Positions 35,162 to 45,700 of a stretch of DNA of 64,000 nucleotides are shown here, piece after piece (positions within the stretch are counted from its first letter, which is position 1; each line of letters starts with the position of its first letter). Location: the IMG/VR virus record IMGVR_UViG_3300021399_000099, positions 64,001 through 128,000 of that record. One strand, written 5' to 3'. Made by a program: the position numbers and the translations under genes. The notes beneath the pieces were generated by a model, which searched no databases, was not told the origin of the DNA, and saw only the letters and a program-made list of their open reading frames with translations. The DNA comes from a virus (Duplodnaviria; Caudoviricetes).

Positions 35162-35684
35162 ACATTTCTTCCTTTGCTTCAAGGGCAAGACCCTTCTCAA
35201 TTAAGCCACGATAATCAAAATGATGAGCATTGAGCCAATCGTATATTTCGGAGAACTCACTTATTTCAATTGAACCAATGTCTGGATGTTGTGCTTGCAA
35301 TCCATAATAATAAGGCGGCTCTTGTATGAAAAAGTATGCGATGTTTCCGTACTTCTCATTCAATTCTTTTAACTCTTCCTCAGTCATACTTGACATTGGA
35401 CGGAGATAAGGTTTGAAATCATCTATGGTATAGGGGTCTCCCCAGGCCTGTTGCTCTTCTATGAAATCAACGGTATCTTCATTACCGATAGCAACCACAT
35501 GTATTTCTTCTGTTGAAGTGTTGATATCATCCAGTATCACATCAAATGGTGAGTTAAAAAATATCATGTCTCCATTTATATCATATTCCCCATTTGTGGT
35601 TTCAGCATACACTCTGCCTTTTACATCATACGGCAATCTTGCACAAAGGTCCTTAAGTAAAAGTTGTTTTTCTTCTTGTGTCAT
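35154..35684 (-). CDS. family B paralog 4
   Basis: Constant blocks; 41-nt block identical to copy 3. Confidence 0.85.
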   Translation of the reverse strand: MTQEEKQLLLKDLCARLPYDVKGRVYAETTNGEYDINGDMIFFNSPFDVILDDINTSTEEIHVVAIGNEDTVDFIEEQQAWGDPYTIDDFKPYLRPMSSMTEEELKELNEKYGNIAYFFIQEPPYYYGLQAQHPDIGSIEISEFSEIYDWLNAHHFDYRGLIEKGLALEAKEEMYE

Positions 35685-36067
35685 TTTTCTTTAACTTTTA
35701 ATGGTACAAAAACATCATATCCATCATCATCCTGGAAATGGTTTATATCCTCATCATATGTGCAGCCGAACTTGGTACGCTTATAAGTAAAAACTTTGCC
35801 ATTCCACACCGCTTCGCTTGCATTCCGGCAGTTTCCAATATAGGTCTCTCCAACGACTAACTTATCCTTTGGAATAGCCCCGCAACGGATAAAGTTAGGG
35901 ATTACATACTTGTCATACAGTTCCTTGTCAAGAACCGGTGGCTCGGGTATGAACTCCTCCGTAAAAGGCTCCATCTCCTCCAACCGCTTGATAATCTTTG
36001 GAATACGGTTTTCTCTTTCTTCCCGTAGCTTGTCATATATTTTCTGTATGTTTTCTGGTGTTGTCAT
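35681..36067 (-). CDS. conserved phage hypothetical protein
   Basis: IPKDKL..G..Y.G.CRNA..AVW...DDGYDVFVP. Confidence 0.7.
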   Translation of the reverse strand: MTTPENIQKIYDKLREERENRIPKIIKRLEEMEPFTEEFIPEPPVLDKELYDKYVIPNFIRCGAIPKDKLVVGETYIGNCRNASEAVWNGKVFTYKRTKFGCTYDEDINHFQDDDGYDVFVPLKVKEK

Positions 36068-36070
36068 AAT

Positions 36071-36256
36071 TTACTCAATATTTATATAATCAAAATCCGG
36101 TCGGTTCCACGGATAATTAGTATCCACCCACGTCCTCTGTGATATCTCAAGCTTGTTGTAATCAGCTTCCGGGGGCCACATAATATTCATATCAACGGCG
36201 ACCGGCATATCCTGTGGGCACTTCTTCAGTTCATCAATCAGTTCTCTTACCGTCAT
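36071..36256 (-). CDS. hypothetical protein (MTVRELI type)
   Basis: ORF tiles the operon. Confidence 0.6.
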   Translation of the reverse strand: MTVRELIDELKKCPQDMPVAVDMNIMWPPEADYNKLEISQRTWVDTNYPWNRPDFDYINIE

Positions 36257-36259
36257 ATG

Positions 36260-36514
36260 TTAATCCTCATTAAACTTCGGTATCGGCATCCAAGCGACTA
36301 TCCCGTGGCATATTTGCCCCTGGTACCATCCACGTTTCTCGCTTCTCCACTCGCCATTCCTCGTATAATCTATTATCGCGCCATATATCGAGTCCCATGC
36401 TAAGACCCTCTCGCTTTCAGTCCATTCGTGGTGTCCCTGCATATTGTCGGATTCGTACTTATGTTCTTCCGGCATCCGTTCGCTACACTTAATCCATTCC
36501 ATATCACTTCTCAT
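36260..36514 (-). CDS. DUF551-like protein
   Basis: WIKCSERMPE...VAWMPIP. Confidence 0.75.
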   Translation of the reverse strand: MRSDMEWIKCSERMPEEHKYESDNMQGHHEWTESERVLAWDSIYGAIIDYTRNGEWRSEKRGWYQGQICHGIVAWMPIPKFNED

Positions 36515-36686
36515 TATTTTCTATCCAGCTTTCGATTTTCAAATCCACACTGGTACAATTTTCCTTATCGGAACCGTCATAACCACCCCATCCGTAGATT
36601 GCAAGCGCCTTGGTCACATAATCGCTGTCAATGATGCAAAGCTCAGCCTCCGGGTTAAATTCAAATAAATCCTTTACTTTCATATC

Positions 36687-37784
36687 TTATTTCTCCTTCT
36701 TGTATTCTTCCAGTGCCTTTCTCTGTTCCTTGCTTAGCTTGGTCGGCACGTCATATTTTATAATAACAATGTAGTCTCCTTTCATTGCCGCGTATCCATT
36801 TGTGTTTAAAAATCCGCCCCTGTTTTTTGTGAAACGCTCTTCTGGTGCAGTGCATTCGTGGATGTTTATGGTCCAGTCACTTCCGTCCGGGCATTTTACT
36901 GTGATTTTTCCACCAAGCAAAGCATCAACAAAGCTGACCGTTTCTTCGTGGTAGATGTTTAAATCATTAGCGTCTCCAATTTCGAAATAGCCAGGGGTTT
37001 CTTGGACGACAGTTAGATGGAGCAACAAATTTCCCTTTGGATACCCAGGAGTTCCGTCTTCACCCATTTGGCTGTAAATAATTGTCATTCCATCACGAAG
37101 CCCTCCGGGTATATTCAACGTTACCTTCTCTTCTTCTTCAACGAAGCCGGTACCGCCACATTCTTTGCAGGGTTTATCTATCTGCTTACCGGTTCCGTGG
37201 CAATGCTGGCAAGGCGTCTGGTACATCGTAAATGCGTTACCCTGTCTCTGTGTCTTTGTTTCCATCCCGGTTCCGTGGCAGTATGGACATTCATGCTTCT
37301 GTCCGTCCTCACTTCCTGTGCCATTACAATGATGACAAGAAACACTCTTTTTAATAGTAACTTCCTTTTCAAGTCTTTCTTTAAGTGACTCAGCAAAAGT
37401 AATTGTTACGTAAGCATCTACATCCCTACCTGCATGACCACTTTGTCTTCTATGACTGCCAAAACTACTGAAGAAATCGCCGAAACCACCCATTCCAGCA
37501 GCCTGTCGCATAGCCTCGAACGGGTCAAAACCACCACCCATATCCTGCCATTGCTCATCTGCGCCACTGTCATATTGCTTACGTTTCTCTTCATCACCGA
37601 GAACACCATAAGCCTCGGCGACCTTTTTGAATTCGTCTTCAGCTTTTTTCTTCTCGTCTTCGGTGCCATTAACCCAACGGTCCGGGTGCCATTTCATGGC
37701 CAATTTCCTATATGCGGATTTTATTTCTTCCTGGCTTGCATTCTCGGCAACCCCAAGTGTCTTATAATATCCTTTAATGTCCAT
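36687..37784 (-). CDS. dnaJ: DnaJ chaperone (type I)
   Basis: J domain with HPD, G/F region, four CxxCxGxG repeats. Confidence 0.93.
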   Translation of the reverse strand: MDIKGYYKTLGVAENASQEEIKSAYRKLAMKWHPDRWVNGTEDEKKKAEDEFKKVAEAYGVLGDEEKRKQYDSGADEQWQDMGGGFDPFEAMRQAAGMGGFGDFFSSFGSHRRQSGHAGRDVDAYVTITFAESLKERLEKEVTIKKSVSCHHCNGTGSEDGQKHECPYCHGTGMETKTQRQGNAFTMYQTPCQHCHGTGKQIDKPCKECGGTGFVEEEEKVTLNIPGGLRDGMTIIYSQMGEDGTPGYPKGNLLLHLTVVQETPGYFEIGDANDLNIYHEETVSFVDALLGGKITVKCPDGSDWTINIHECTAPEERFTKNRGGFLNTNGYAAMKGDYIVIIKYDVPTKLSKEQRKALEEYKKEK

Positions 37785-37810
37785 TATTTAATCTCTTTTC
37801 CTTTCTATAC

Positions 37811-37828
37811 TACAAATATCGTGTTAAA
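37811..37828 (-). promoter_or_regulatory. degenerate sigma54-type element TTTAACACGATATTTGTA
   Basis: Identical to the 31094 copy except GG to AA. Confidence 0.45.
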
Positions 37829-38089
37829 CTAAATTAAACCCATGTGAATATCCTCACACATCTCCTCATACCACGCCAGCCAAGCCTTGTACGACTTGAA
37901 ACCGGCTTCCTTCCACTGTGGTGTCTCCTTCGGTGGCTTCTCCATAGTCTTCTTGACCTCATAGTGGAGACCGAGTTTTCCCTCAATGGATTTGGCAATC
38001 TTGTGGTACATAGCCTTCTTAACCTTCTTGTGGGAATGGTAGGTAGCAATAAGCTCACCATTCTCGTATAAGTTCCAAATAATTTTCAT
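37829..38089 (-). CDS. hypothetical basic protein
   Basis: ORF after promoter 38115. Confidence 0.65.
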   Translation of the reverse strand: MKIIWNLYENGELIATYHSHKKVKKAMYHKIAKSIEGKLGLHYEVKKTMEKPPKETPQWKEAGFKSYKAWLAWYEEMCEDIHMGLI

Positions 38090-38114
38090 ATCACATCCGT
38101 TTTACCCCCTATAC

Positions 38115-38132
38115 TACAAATACCGTGCCAAA
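38115..38132 (-). promoter_or_regulatory. sigma54-type promoter TTTGGCACGGTATTTGTA
   Basis: Heads the minus-strand block at the strand switch. Confidence 0.7.
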
Positions 38133-38262
38133 CTTCAATGCGTTTTGCACTATTATACAAGGCATATATAACAGTGCATTTTATACATATGGCTCCACTA
38201 AGCCTTAATATAATATTACATAAATCTTTGGAAGAAAACAAGCATTATTTCTCAGTCCTCGT

Positions 38263-38271
38263 ACTATTTAT
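38263..38271 (+). promoter_or_regulatory. putative late promoter ACTATTTAT
   Basis: About 25 nt upstream of ATG 38296. Confidence 0.55.
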
Positions 38272-38295
38272 GTACGGAATAATGTATAACAGATA

Positions 38296-40431
38296 ATGCC
38301 TCAAAATATTAAGATAAACAATGTCCGTAGCTTAGATGCCAAAATCCGCCTTGATGAGTATTATGACTTCATGCTCTATAAGGGAGAGGCTTATGGTGCC
38401 GATACGAGTGATGAGTGTCTTGTAGCTGATTTTAGTAAGTTTGACATAGACGAGGCCGGCAAGCTGCATTCCCTTGTGTCGTGGTCAGGTGCTTCCAATG
38501 AGGGCGTCGAAATGAATGACATAGGTTTTACGGGCATTGACAACGGTTTTATCAAATATCGCAAGGATATGATATCAAACCAGGACTTTATGAACATACT
38601 GACCGGTTCGACATACGACATATCTTCCGCGGATACCAGGTTTTTCCTCTCACCGATAACCGGAAATACCCTTGACTACAAGTACCCTATGAGTGCTGTG
38701 ACAAACGACGAGGGTAATGTTGAATATCTTTCATTTAACGGTGGTTTCTACCAGGGCTTCTACAAACTCTTCGGTTTTGATTATCAAACACTTCCAGTAG
38801 GTCTTGGCTATGGCTGGACGCTTAACTTCAAACTCAGGCCCAGATGTGACTACGAAACGGTTCCTGGGACAATAAATTACAAGCACCCTGAAAACGAGGG
38901 GATGTTCTTCTATATGGGTACCAGGGCGGAAAACAAGTTCTGGGAGTATTATCCTAACAGCTCAGCACTTATGGAAGAGTTCAGGGTCGTTGATGCTGAC
39001 AGCGAAGGATATATGAGTAATGAGTGTGGTGAAGGTGAGATTTACGATATCTATACAAATCACGTCGCAGAAAGTGAGTGGTTGCAAGATGAACTCCCAG
39101 AAGAGCCGGAACCCGGATATTTCATTGACGGTTACGCTGCCAGTGCAATAACTCCGGATTGCCCTTGTATTCAAGACCTTATGAAAAAGGATTGTAATTA
39201 CTTCCCGCTTGAATATTTCCAGGATGATTATTTCTATTTTAGTGATGCAAGGATTCCAAATCCGTACAAGTATGACGGAAGCTATGTAAAACAAACCGTA
39301 TCATATCAGGAAGTAGTACAAGAAGTAAAGAAAAGTGGGTGTGGATGTTCTCAGGCTAGCGTTATAAAGAAAACAATTACAAAGACTTATAATGTTCCTA
39401 AGACATCGAAGTGTGGCTGCCTCCCAATTGAAGAAAACAATTATGCCGAGGTTTGTAAGACGTGTGAAGACTACTTTGCCGATGCCTACTACAATGATAT
39501 GTGTGTCGATAGCCCGAAAGCAATCGAGCTCGACTATGTGATGGAAGACATAAAAATTGACAAGACCGGCTCAGACATCACTGATTCAATCGGCCACCTT
39601 TTCGCAAGGACCGGCTATTACGAAATCACGACCGACAACAAGTTCCTCTTCTTTAACCGGACAAAGACGGGTTTCACCACCTGCAACTGGACTGAGGGTT
39701 CGCTTGTGACTTTTACCGGCAGGACAAACTGGAGCAACGCCAACTATTTCCTTCTTATGAACAGGACCTGCACCGGCTTTACGACATCAACTATTGAAAA
39801 ATACAACGAGGCCCACGAAAAGCCTTATGACATCTATAAAGACATTAAGAACAACGCATTTGGATTAAGGATTACCAAGGGCGGGGCCATAGGCTATCGT
39901 TACGGTGTCCTTGACTGTGAAACATCAGCCAGCAACCATTACTCTGTCATCGAAGAATATAGCAAGGACGGAATGGTGAAGTGCAACGAATGGAACGACA
40001 TCACAGTAAAGATTGCGGTTCTTAACCCGTACTATTCACAGATTCAGACGTCATATAAGCTTAACGGTCTTCTCAGTGGGGTTACGATATGTAACAATAC
40101 CGGAGTTACCGGGTCTCACAGAATTAAAATATATGTGTATGTGAATGGTTACCTCAAACTTGTTTCAAAGGAACTGCCGGAGTTTGCATTCAGGGAACTC
40201 AACGACGTTTATCAAAAACAGGAGGGCGTCCCATTCAACATTTCACTTGGTGGTGGAACACAGGGGCTTATGGAGACAATCGGTCCGGATTATATGAATT
40301 CGACCAAATATGTCCTACCGCTTGAACGCGATTTTGGTGGTTCGTTTAACGGTGATATAAAATCATTTAAAATGTATTCCTGTCCGCTCGATTATTCCAC
40401 AATCAAAGACTATTTATCTAAAAATAACTAA
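38296..40431 (+). CDS. putative virion structural protein, ConA/LamG-like fold with Cys-rich insertion
   Basis: WNDITV...IKIYVYVNG...FNGDIKSFKMY pattern; structural cluster. Confidence 0.6.
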   Translation: MPQNIKINNVRSLDAKIRLDEYYDFMLYKGEAYGADTSDECLVADFSKFDIDEAGKLHSLVSWSGASNEGVEMNDIGFTGIDNGFIKYRKDMISNQDFMNILTGSTYDISSADTRFFLSPITGNTLDYKYPMSAVTNDEGNVEYLSFNGGFYQGFYKLFGFDYQTLPVGLGYGWTLNFKLRPRCDYETVPGTINYKHPENEGMFFYMGTRAENKFWEYYPNSSALMEEFRVVDADSEGYMSNECGEGEIYDIYTNHVAESEWLQDELPEEPEPGYFIDGYAASAITPDCPCIQDLMKKDCNYFPLEYFQDDYFYFSDARIPNPYKYDGSYVKQTVSYQEVVQEVKKSGCGCSQASVIKKTITKTYNVPKTSKCGCLPIEENNYAEVCKTCEDYFADAYYNDMCVDSPKAIELDYVMEDIKIDKTGSDITDSIGHLFARTGYYEITTDNKFLFFNRTKTGFTTCNWTEGSLVTFTGRTNWSNANYFLLMNRTCTGFTTSTIEKYNEAHEKPYDIYKDIKNNAFGLRITKGGAIGYRYGVLDCETSASNHYSVIEEYSKDGMVKCNEWNDITVKIAVLNPYYSQIQTSYKLNGLLSGVTICNNTGVTGSHRIKIYVYVNGYLKLVSKELPEFAFRELNDVYQKQEGVPFNISLGGGTQGLMETIGPDYMNSTKYVLPLERDFGGSFNGDIKSFKMYSCPLDYSTIKDYLSKNN
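40409..40417 (+). promoter_or_regulatory. putative late promoter ACTATTTAT
   Basis: Upstream of ATG 40450. Confidence 0.5.
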
Positions 40432-40449
40432 ACGAGAAATATTATAAAA

Positions 40450-42699
40450 ATGGCTGAAATAGTACCTAACAAAGTGCCTTGCAGTAAGAAATCTACTCCG
40501 ACTCCGACACCGGAACCTACGCCTGTTGCCCTATGCGACTTGACTGGCATTAAATATTTTAAACTGCATAGCGACATTTCCGGCGACTACACAAAGAACT
40601 GTGGCCTGCTTGGTAATGAAATCGACGAAAACTTCTATTTCCTCCGCAGTATGGATATCAAATCTGCCTACACAATTGACGAGTCAGGCAGAAAAATACT
40701 TGTGCTTGAAAGAGTCAATTGTAACAGGGACATCAAGGTTGATATTACCGATGATGATGCTTATCAGTTCAGGCTTGAAGACGGCTACATGTACATTCTT
40801 TTCCCTGATGGGCATGAGCAGAAACTTGGAAGATTCCTTGTGGAGGGCGATAACGTACATATTGTTACCGAAGCTTCATTGCAGGGTGACGGTTCGTACG
40901 GAAAGCCCATCGGCATCGACCTTGCATACCGCACCGGAACATATATGCCGGCTGATTTCTACGCTGACCTCACTTGCACGGCTGCTACACTTGATTCCCT
41001 CCCTCCTATCGGTCACGGTCACGCTGTCGTCACAAAGGAGAACGTGAGTCGTTTCGGGGCTCTTTATACTTGGGACCAGGCGGACAAACTTGACAAGGCT
41101 CTTGATAAGGAAGGACACGGCTGGAGGCTCCCTAGCAAGGAAGACTGGGCTGTACTACTTAACTGGGCTGAGGAAAAGGACGAAAACAGAAACCACGACA
41201 CCAATAAGTCCGGTAACTTCGGTTGTATCGCCGGTAACCGCTTGAAATCAACAGAATACTGGATGGTTGAAAGTCCGGCCACTGACCCTGTTGATGATTT
41301 TGGTTTCACAATTTACCCTGTTGGCGTATGCCCTGAGAATTACAATGCAAGAGAACCCAAGGAATACGGCTTCACGGGACTTTACAAGACTACATCATTC
41401 TGGACTTCAAGCTCAGCCGAAACCGGTGAGCACTACGTCCGCACCTTCTCATATGCCCACGACGATGTTGCTCAATTTACCGAAAGCAAGAAAAAGAGAC
41501 TAAGCATTCGTCTTGTAAGGGACGTTGATGCTGACTTCGACATTGACGGCTACGCTGACATTCTTGGTAACCATGTGCCTGTCGTTATCACTTCTGACGG
41601 AAAACAGTTATGGACCAGCATAAACGTAAGCATTAAAAATTATGATGGTTACAACCAGAACGAAGTTACAATACCGGAAGAATGGAATGACATTGAAACC
41701 GATATCAACACTGTCGGTTACTTCACAACTGGGGTAACAACCGGAGGTGTATTATATTATGATTTTGAACACGTCTATGATATATATGACCTTCCATCGT
41801 ACATTGACCCGGAAAGTATTGAAGAGTACGATTCGTTTGATGATGTACCTGAACCAACAACCGCATCACCGGAGTATGTAGCTGTAAAATATATCATCCA
41901 TCTCGATATGGTCACCGAAGCAAAGTTCTACTTCAATGCTTGGGACGGAAACGAGTGGCACAAGAAACTAATCCGTGAAGGTGAGTCTGTTGTTTTACTC
42001 CAGGAAGATTTTGAAACCGGTTGTGATACCGCAGCTACTCCTTATGTGACCAGCGCGAATACAAATCATGAATGGAGACTGTTCGTAAATCCTCAGACCG
42101 GACTTGACGAGCTCATTGATACGGCAGATGCTCTCAAGCGTGAATTTGACGAAGAGTTCAAGAAGATTGAAAGAGATATCTCTGGCCTTACTGAAGATGT
42201 AACGACACTAAGTGGTTTCGTTGGTGATATGTACGACGAGATGCAGAGTGGTTTTACCAGTGCATTCACTGCAATTGCGGAACTCCAAGAAGAATTGGAT
42301 GACGAGATTTCTGCCCGTACCATTGCCGATGAAGAACTCTGGGAGGCCATTGAGGCACTTGATGTTGCATTGAGTGCAGAAACAGCTGAAAGGATTGCTG
42401 CTGATGAAGAACTCTGGGATGCCCTTAGTGCAGAAACCGCCGAGAGAATTGCCGCCGACGAATATCTCCAAGAACAGATTGATGAACTTAAGGACAGAAG
42501 TATCGAAGCTTTGGACGATTCAATCATAGTCGAAATTTCTGGAAACACAACTTCAATTGGTGTTCAGATTTCCGAAGCAGAAAAGCAACTTAAACTCAGT
42601 GATGGCACCGAAGTTGAATACTATGATTCAGCCGGTCACCCAATCTACATACCTAAGGGTCTTTACCTTGATATGGATTTCGGGGAGTTCGAAGACTAA
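40450..42699 (+). CDS. virion/fiber protein with FISUMP (Fib_succ_major)-like domain and C-terminal coiled-coil repeats
   Basis: GALYTW, GWRLPSKEDW, FGFTIYPVG, FWTSS, LSIRLVRD; AETAERIAADEEL repeats. Confidence 0.75.
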   Translation: MAEIVPNKVPCSKKSTPTPTPEPTPVALCDLTGIKYFKLHSDISGDYTKNCGLLGNEIDENFYFLRSMDIKSAYTIDESGRKILVLERVNCNRDIKVDITDDDAYQFRLEDGYMYILFPDGHEQKLGRFLVEGDNVHIVTEASLQGDGSYGKPIGIDLAYRTGTYMPADFYADLTCTAATLDSLPPIGHGHAVVTKENVSRFGALYTWDQADKLDKALDKEGHGWRLPSKEDWAVLLNWAEEKDENRNHDTNKSGNFGCIAGNRLKSTEYWMVESPATDPVDDFGFTIYPVGVCPENYNAREPKEYGFTGLYKTTSFWTSSSAETGEHYVRTFSYAHDDVAQFTESKKKRLSIRLVRDVDADFDIDGYADILGNHVPVVITSDGKQLWTSINVSIKNYDGYNQNEVTIPEEWNDIETDINTVGYFTTGVTTGGVLYYDFEHVYDIYDLPSYIDPESIEEYDSFDDVPEPTTASPEYVAVKYIIHLDMVTEAKFYFNAWDGNEWHKKLIREGESVVLLQEDFETGCDTAATPYVTSANTNHEWRLFVNPQTGLDELIDTADALKREFDEEFKKIERDISGLTEDVTTLSGFVGDMYDEMQSGFTSAFTAIAELQEELDDEISARTIADEELWEAIEALDVALSAETAERIAADEELWDALSAETAERIAADEYLQEQIDELKDRSIEALDDSIIVEISGNTTSIGVQISEAEKQLKLSDGTEVEYYDSAGHPIYIPKGLYLDMDFGEFED

Positions 42700-42718
42700 T
42701 TACTAAATAAAATATTTT

Positions 42719-42753
42719 AAAAACACGGGTAACTTCAATTACTCGTGTTTTTT
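42719..42753 (+). terminator. intrinsic terminator
   Basis: AAACACGGGTAA/TTACTCGTGTTT stem plus T-run. Confidence 0.7.
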
Positions 42754-42765
42754 AGTGTCTTTCTG

Positions 42766-42775
42766 ACTATTTATA
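42766..42775 (+). promoter_or_regulatory. putative late promoter ACTATTTATA
   Basis: About 18 nt upstream of ATG 42793. Confidence 0.55.
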
Positions 42776-42792
42776 ACAAAAATACTAGAAAA

Positions 42793-45700
42793 ATGAAAAA
42801 CAGATTACAGTTCAACAGACATTTTGCCTTGTATAACTCAAGAGAAGAGGCAATAACCGCACTTAATAACCGAATTGCTGACCCTAGTTTTATTCCTCTC
42901 ATTGGCGAACCTATCGTTCTTCGCTATAAGGACGAGGATGGTAATATCCAGTTAATCCTCGCTATTGGTAAAAAAGCCGGCACTACACTTAGTGAAAGGG
43001 AATATCACGTTGTGGATACCGCAGAGCTCGACGAAAAGATTGCTGCTGAAGTTGTCGCACGCGAAGAACTTGATGCTGAGACTATTAAGAAGATTTTTTT
43101 CGACGGAATTGAATCTGATTTCGCCGAAAATGTTGCTAGCTTAAGTGTCAGTGCAAATGTTATTCCTGTGGGCGAAGATTATGAAAGCCATGTTATACCG
43201 AGTAACCCAGAAGGAAAACCGCACCCGATTCATGCAAATTACACAGTAACAGACGCCATAAAACAACTCGACATTAATTTCATCGATTTCAAGGGAAAAG
43301 CCGAGGAAAAATTCCAGGAGCTTGATGAAAAGATAGATGCCGAAACGGAGAGAGCTACCGCAGCTGAGGATTCTATAAGCGGACAAACTAGCGCTTTAAG
43401 TGGTGCAGTCATTGCTTTTAGTGCTGAAACCGTCGATGAACTTGCTGAGTTAAGCGGCACTGCGAAGAGCATTCAGGAAGAGCTCGATGCTACCCAAGTA
43501 GGTGCCGGACTTGGAAACGATGGGAAATATACACCGGTAGAAAACTCGAATTATATATCTGAAGCATCTTCATTAAGAGACGCCGACGCAAAACTTGATG
43601 TAGCTGTTGGGTCTTTAAGTGGGGTTGTAGGCTCTTTCAGTGCAAATACTGCCGCTGAAATCGAGGGACTTAAAGCCGATATCGCCGCCGAAACTGAAAG
43701 GGCTACCGCAGCTGAAAACTCAATAAGCGGGAGCGTTGCTGCATTCAGTGCCAAAACTGTTTCTGAAATATCAAGACTTGATGGAAAAATCGATACTGAA
43801 ACCGAAAGGGCAAGTAATATTGAAAATATATTAAGCTCACTCACCCAAGGACTCAGTTCATCTACTATGAGCGAAATAGAAAGAATCGATTCAGTAATTA
43901 CCAGGAACAAAGTTAAATCAACTGGTAACACTGTCGTCGTATCTGAGGCCGCAGAGGGTACAAATCTTGAAGCCAATATCGACAGAAAAACGATTTTAAG
44001 TAACAACGGTGTTTTAAAAACCGGACTTAAAGTTGCACATGTTTCGGACCTCGAAGCTAATGTCAGAGAAGCTTTTAGACTTGTTGATAACGAGGGCAAT
44101 CCTGTAGATAATACAATCATTAAGATTTACAAGAGCAGTTCGCTTGTAAATGTTGAACTTGTTAATGTTAGTGGTACTGATTACGTAAGAATCACATACA
44201 TTGATAATGAGGGTGTAACAAAAACAATGGACCTAAACATTCAGCAACTTATTTTTGAAGCTGAATTTAAGGATGGTTTGACTGTTGATGCGGCTGGTGA
44301 AGTTAAGGTATTGATTGACCCTCTTTCGGAACCTTATTTAAGCGTAAGTTCTAATGGTGTAAAACTTGACGGTATTTCTAATGCAATAACTTCTGCAGTA
44401 GAAAACGAAAAACTTCGTGCTACGTCCGCCGAAAACGCATTAAGAACTGATTTGAACAGTGAAATAGCAAATCGTACAAATGCTGATACAGTACTTAACA
44501 ATGCTATAACAGCCGAAACTGCAAGTAGAATAAGTGCAGATAATGTTCTTGACAGTAAAATTACAACTGAAAGGGAACGTGCAATTGGTGTTGAAAACGA
44601 AATTAAAAATAACTTTAACTCATTTACTGCTTCAACACAGAGTAGTCTTACAAGTCTTAACGAAGCCATTAACACTGAAACTACAAACAGAATAAATGGT
44701 GACACCGCTCTTGATAATAAGATTTCTGTCGAAAGAGAACGTGCAATTTCAGCTGAAACAGCACTTAGAGCTTCAATCCAAGCAGAAGCGTCAGCAAGAG
44801 AAAATGCAGATAATGTTCTTGAAGAAAAAATTGCACATGAAATAACGCGTGCAACAGCTGCTGAAAACAGTCTCAACACCAAGATAGAATCAGAAACAAC
44901 AAGAGCTACCGCTGCTGAAAACAGTCTCAATACCAAGATAGAATCAGAAACAACCCGCGCTACTGAGGCTGAAAATAGTCTTAACACCAAGATAGAAGCC
45001 GAGATTACGCGTGCTACTGGGGCAGAAAATTCGCTTCGTACCTCAATCACGACGGCAATAGATGATTTGACGTTAGCTTACACCCAGGCTGACCAGGCCA
45101 TTGTGGATGCTTATACCGCCGCAATCGCCCAGGAAAGCGAAAGTCGAATTGACACCGATAATATGCTGTTAAATTTAATTAACGGTGCTACGGGAGACAT
45201 AACAAACCTTGAAACGAGGCTCAATAACGAGATTACTCGTGCAACAAATACAGAAAACCTCATAAGTGGAAGCGTCATTAACGTCAATAATAACGTAACA
45301 AACCTTAGCGGGCAGCTTTCTACATTCAGTTCAAGTACTGTCAATGAAATTAATAATATTAACAACAGGATTAATAATCTTGACAGTAAAACAATTAGTG
45401 GGGAAAATGCAATAAAGACAAACGTAAGTGGCTCTGACACAAAGGTTTCTCTTTTGATAAACGGTTCTGACAAGGTTCTTTCACAAGATAACTCCGGTCT
45501 ATACACCCAATTAAGTATCGAACTTAGCAACGATGGAAAGGCCCTTTACCTCAAGGGAAAGAACGGGGCCACCATTTCTACAATAGACACCACATCGTTT
45601 GTTAAGGACGGTATGCTTGATAACGTTGTATTCGACGGTAGTTCAAAAACACTTAAATTTACCTTCAATACAGACTCCGGAAAGCAGCAAATTGATGTCC

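Noticed and set aside
4370-38132. 18-nt repeated motif as CRISPR repeats or integron attC sites
   Set aside because: Spacing is irregular and kilobase-scale, the motif is not palindromic, and no integrase is seen; position upstream of ATGs fits promoters
38090-38295. tRNA or structured ncRNA in the larger intergenic gaps
   Set aside because: No cloverleaf or T-loop motif recognised; gaps are explained by divergent promoters or small ORFs
40450-42699. DGR acting on the FISUMP-like domain
   Set aside because: The domain is internal, and no template repeat or reverse transcriptase is present in the window
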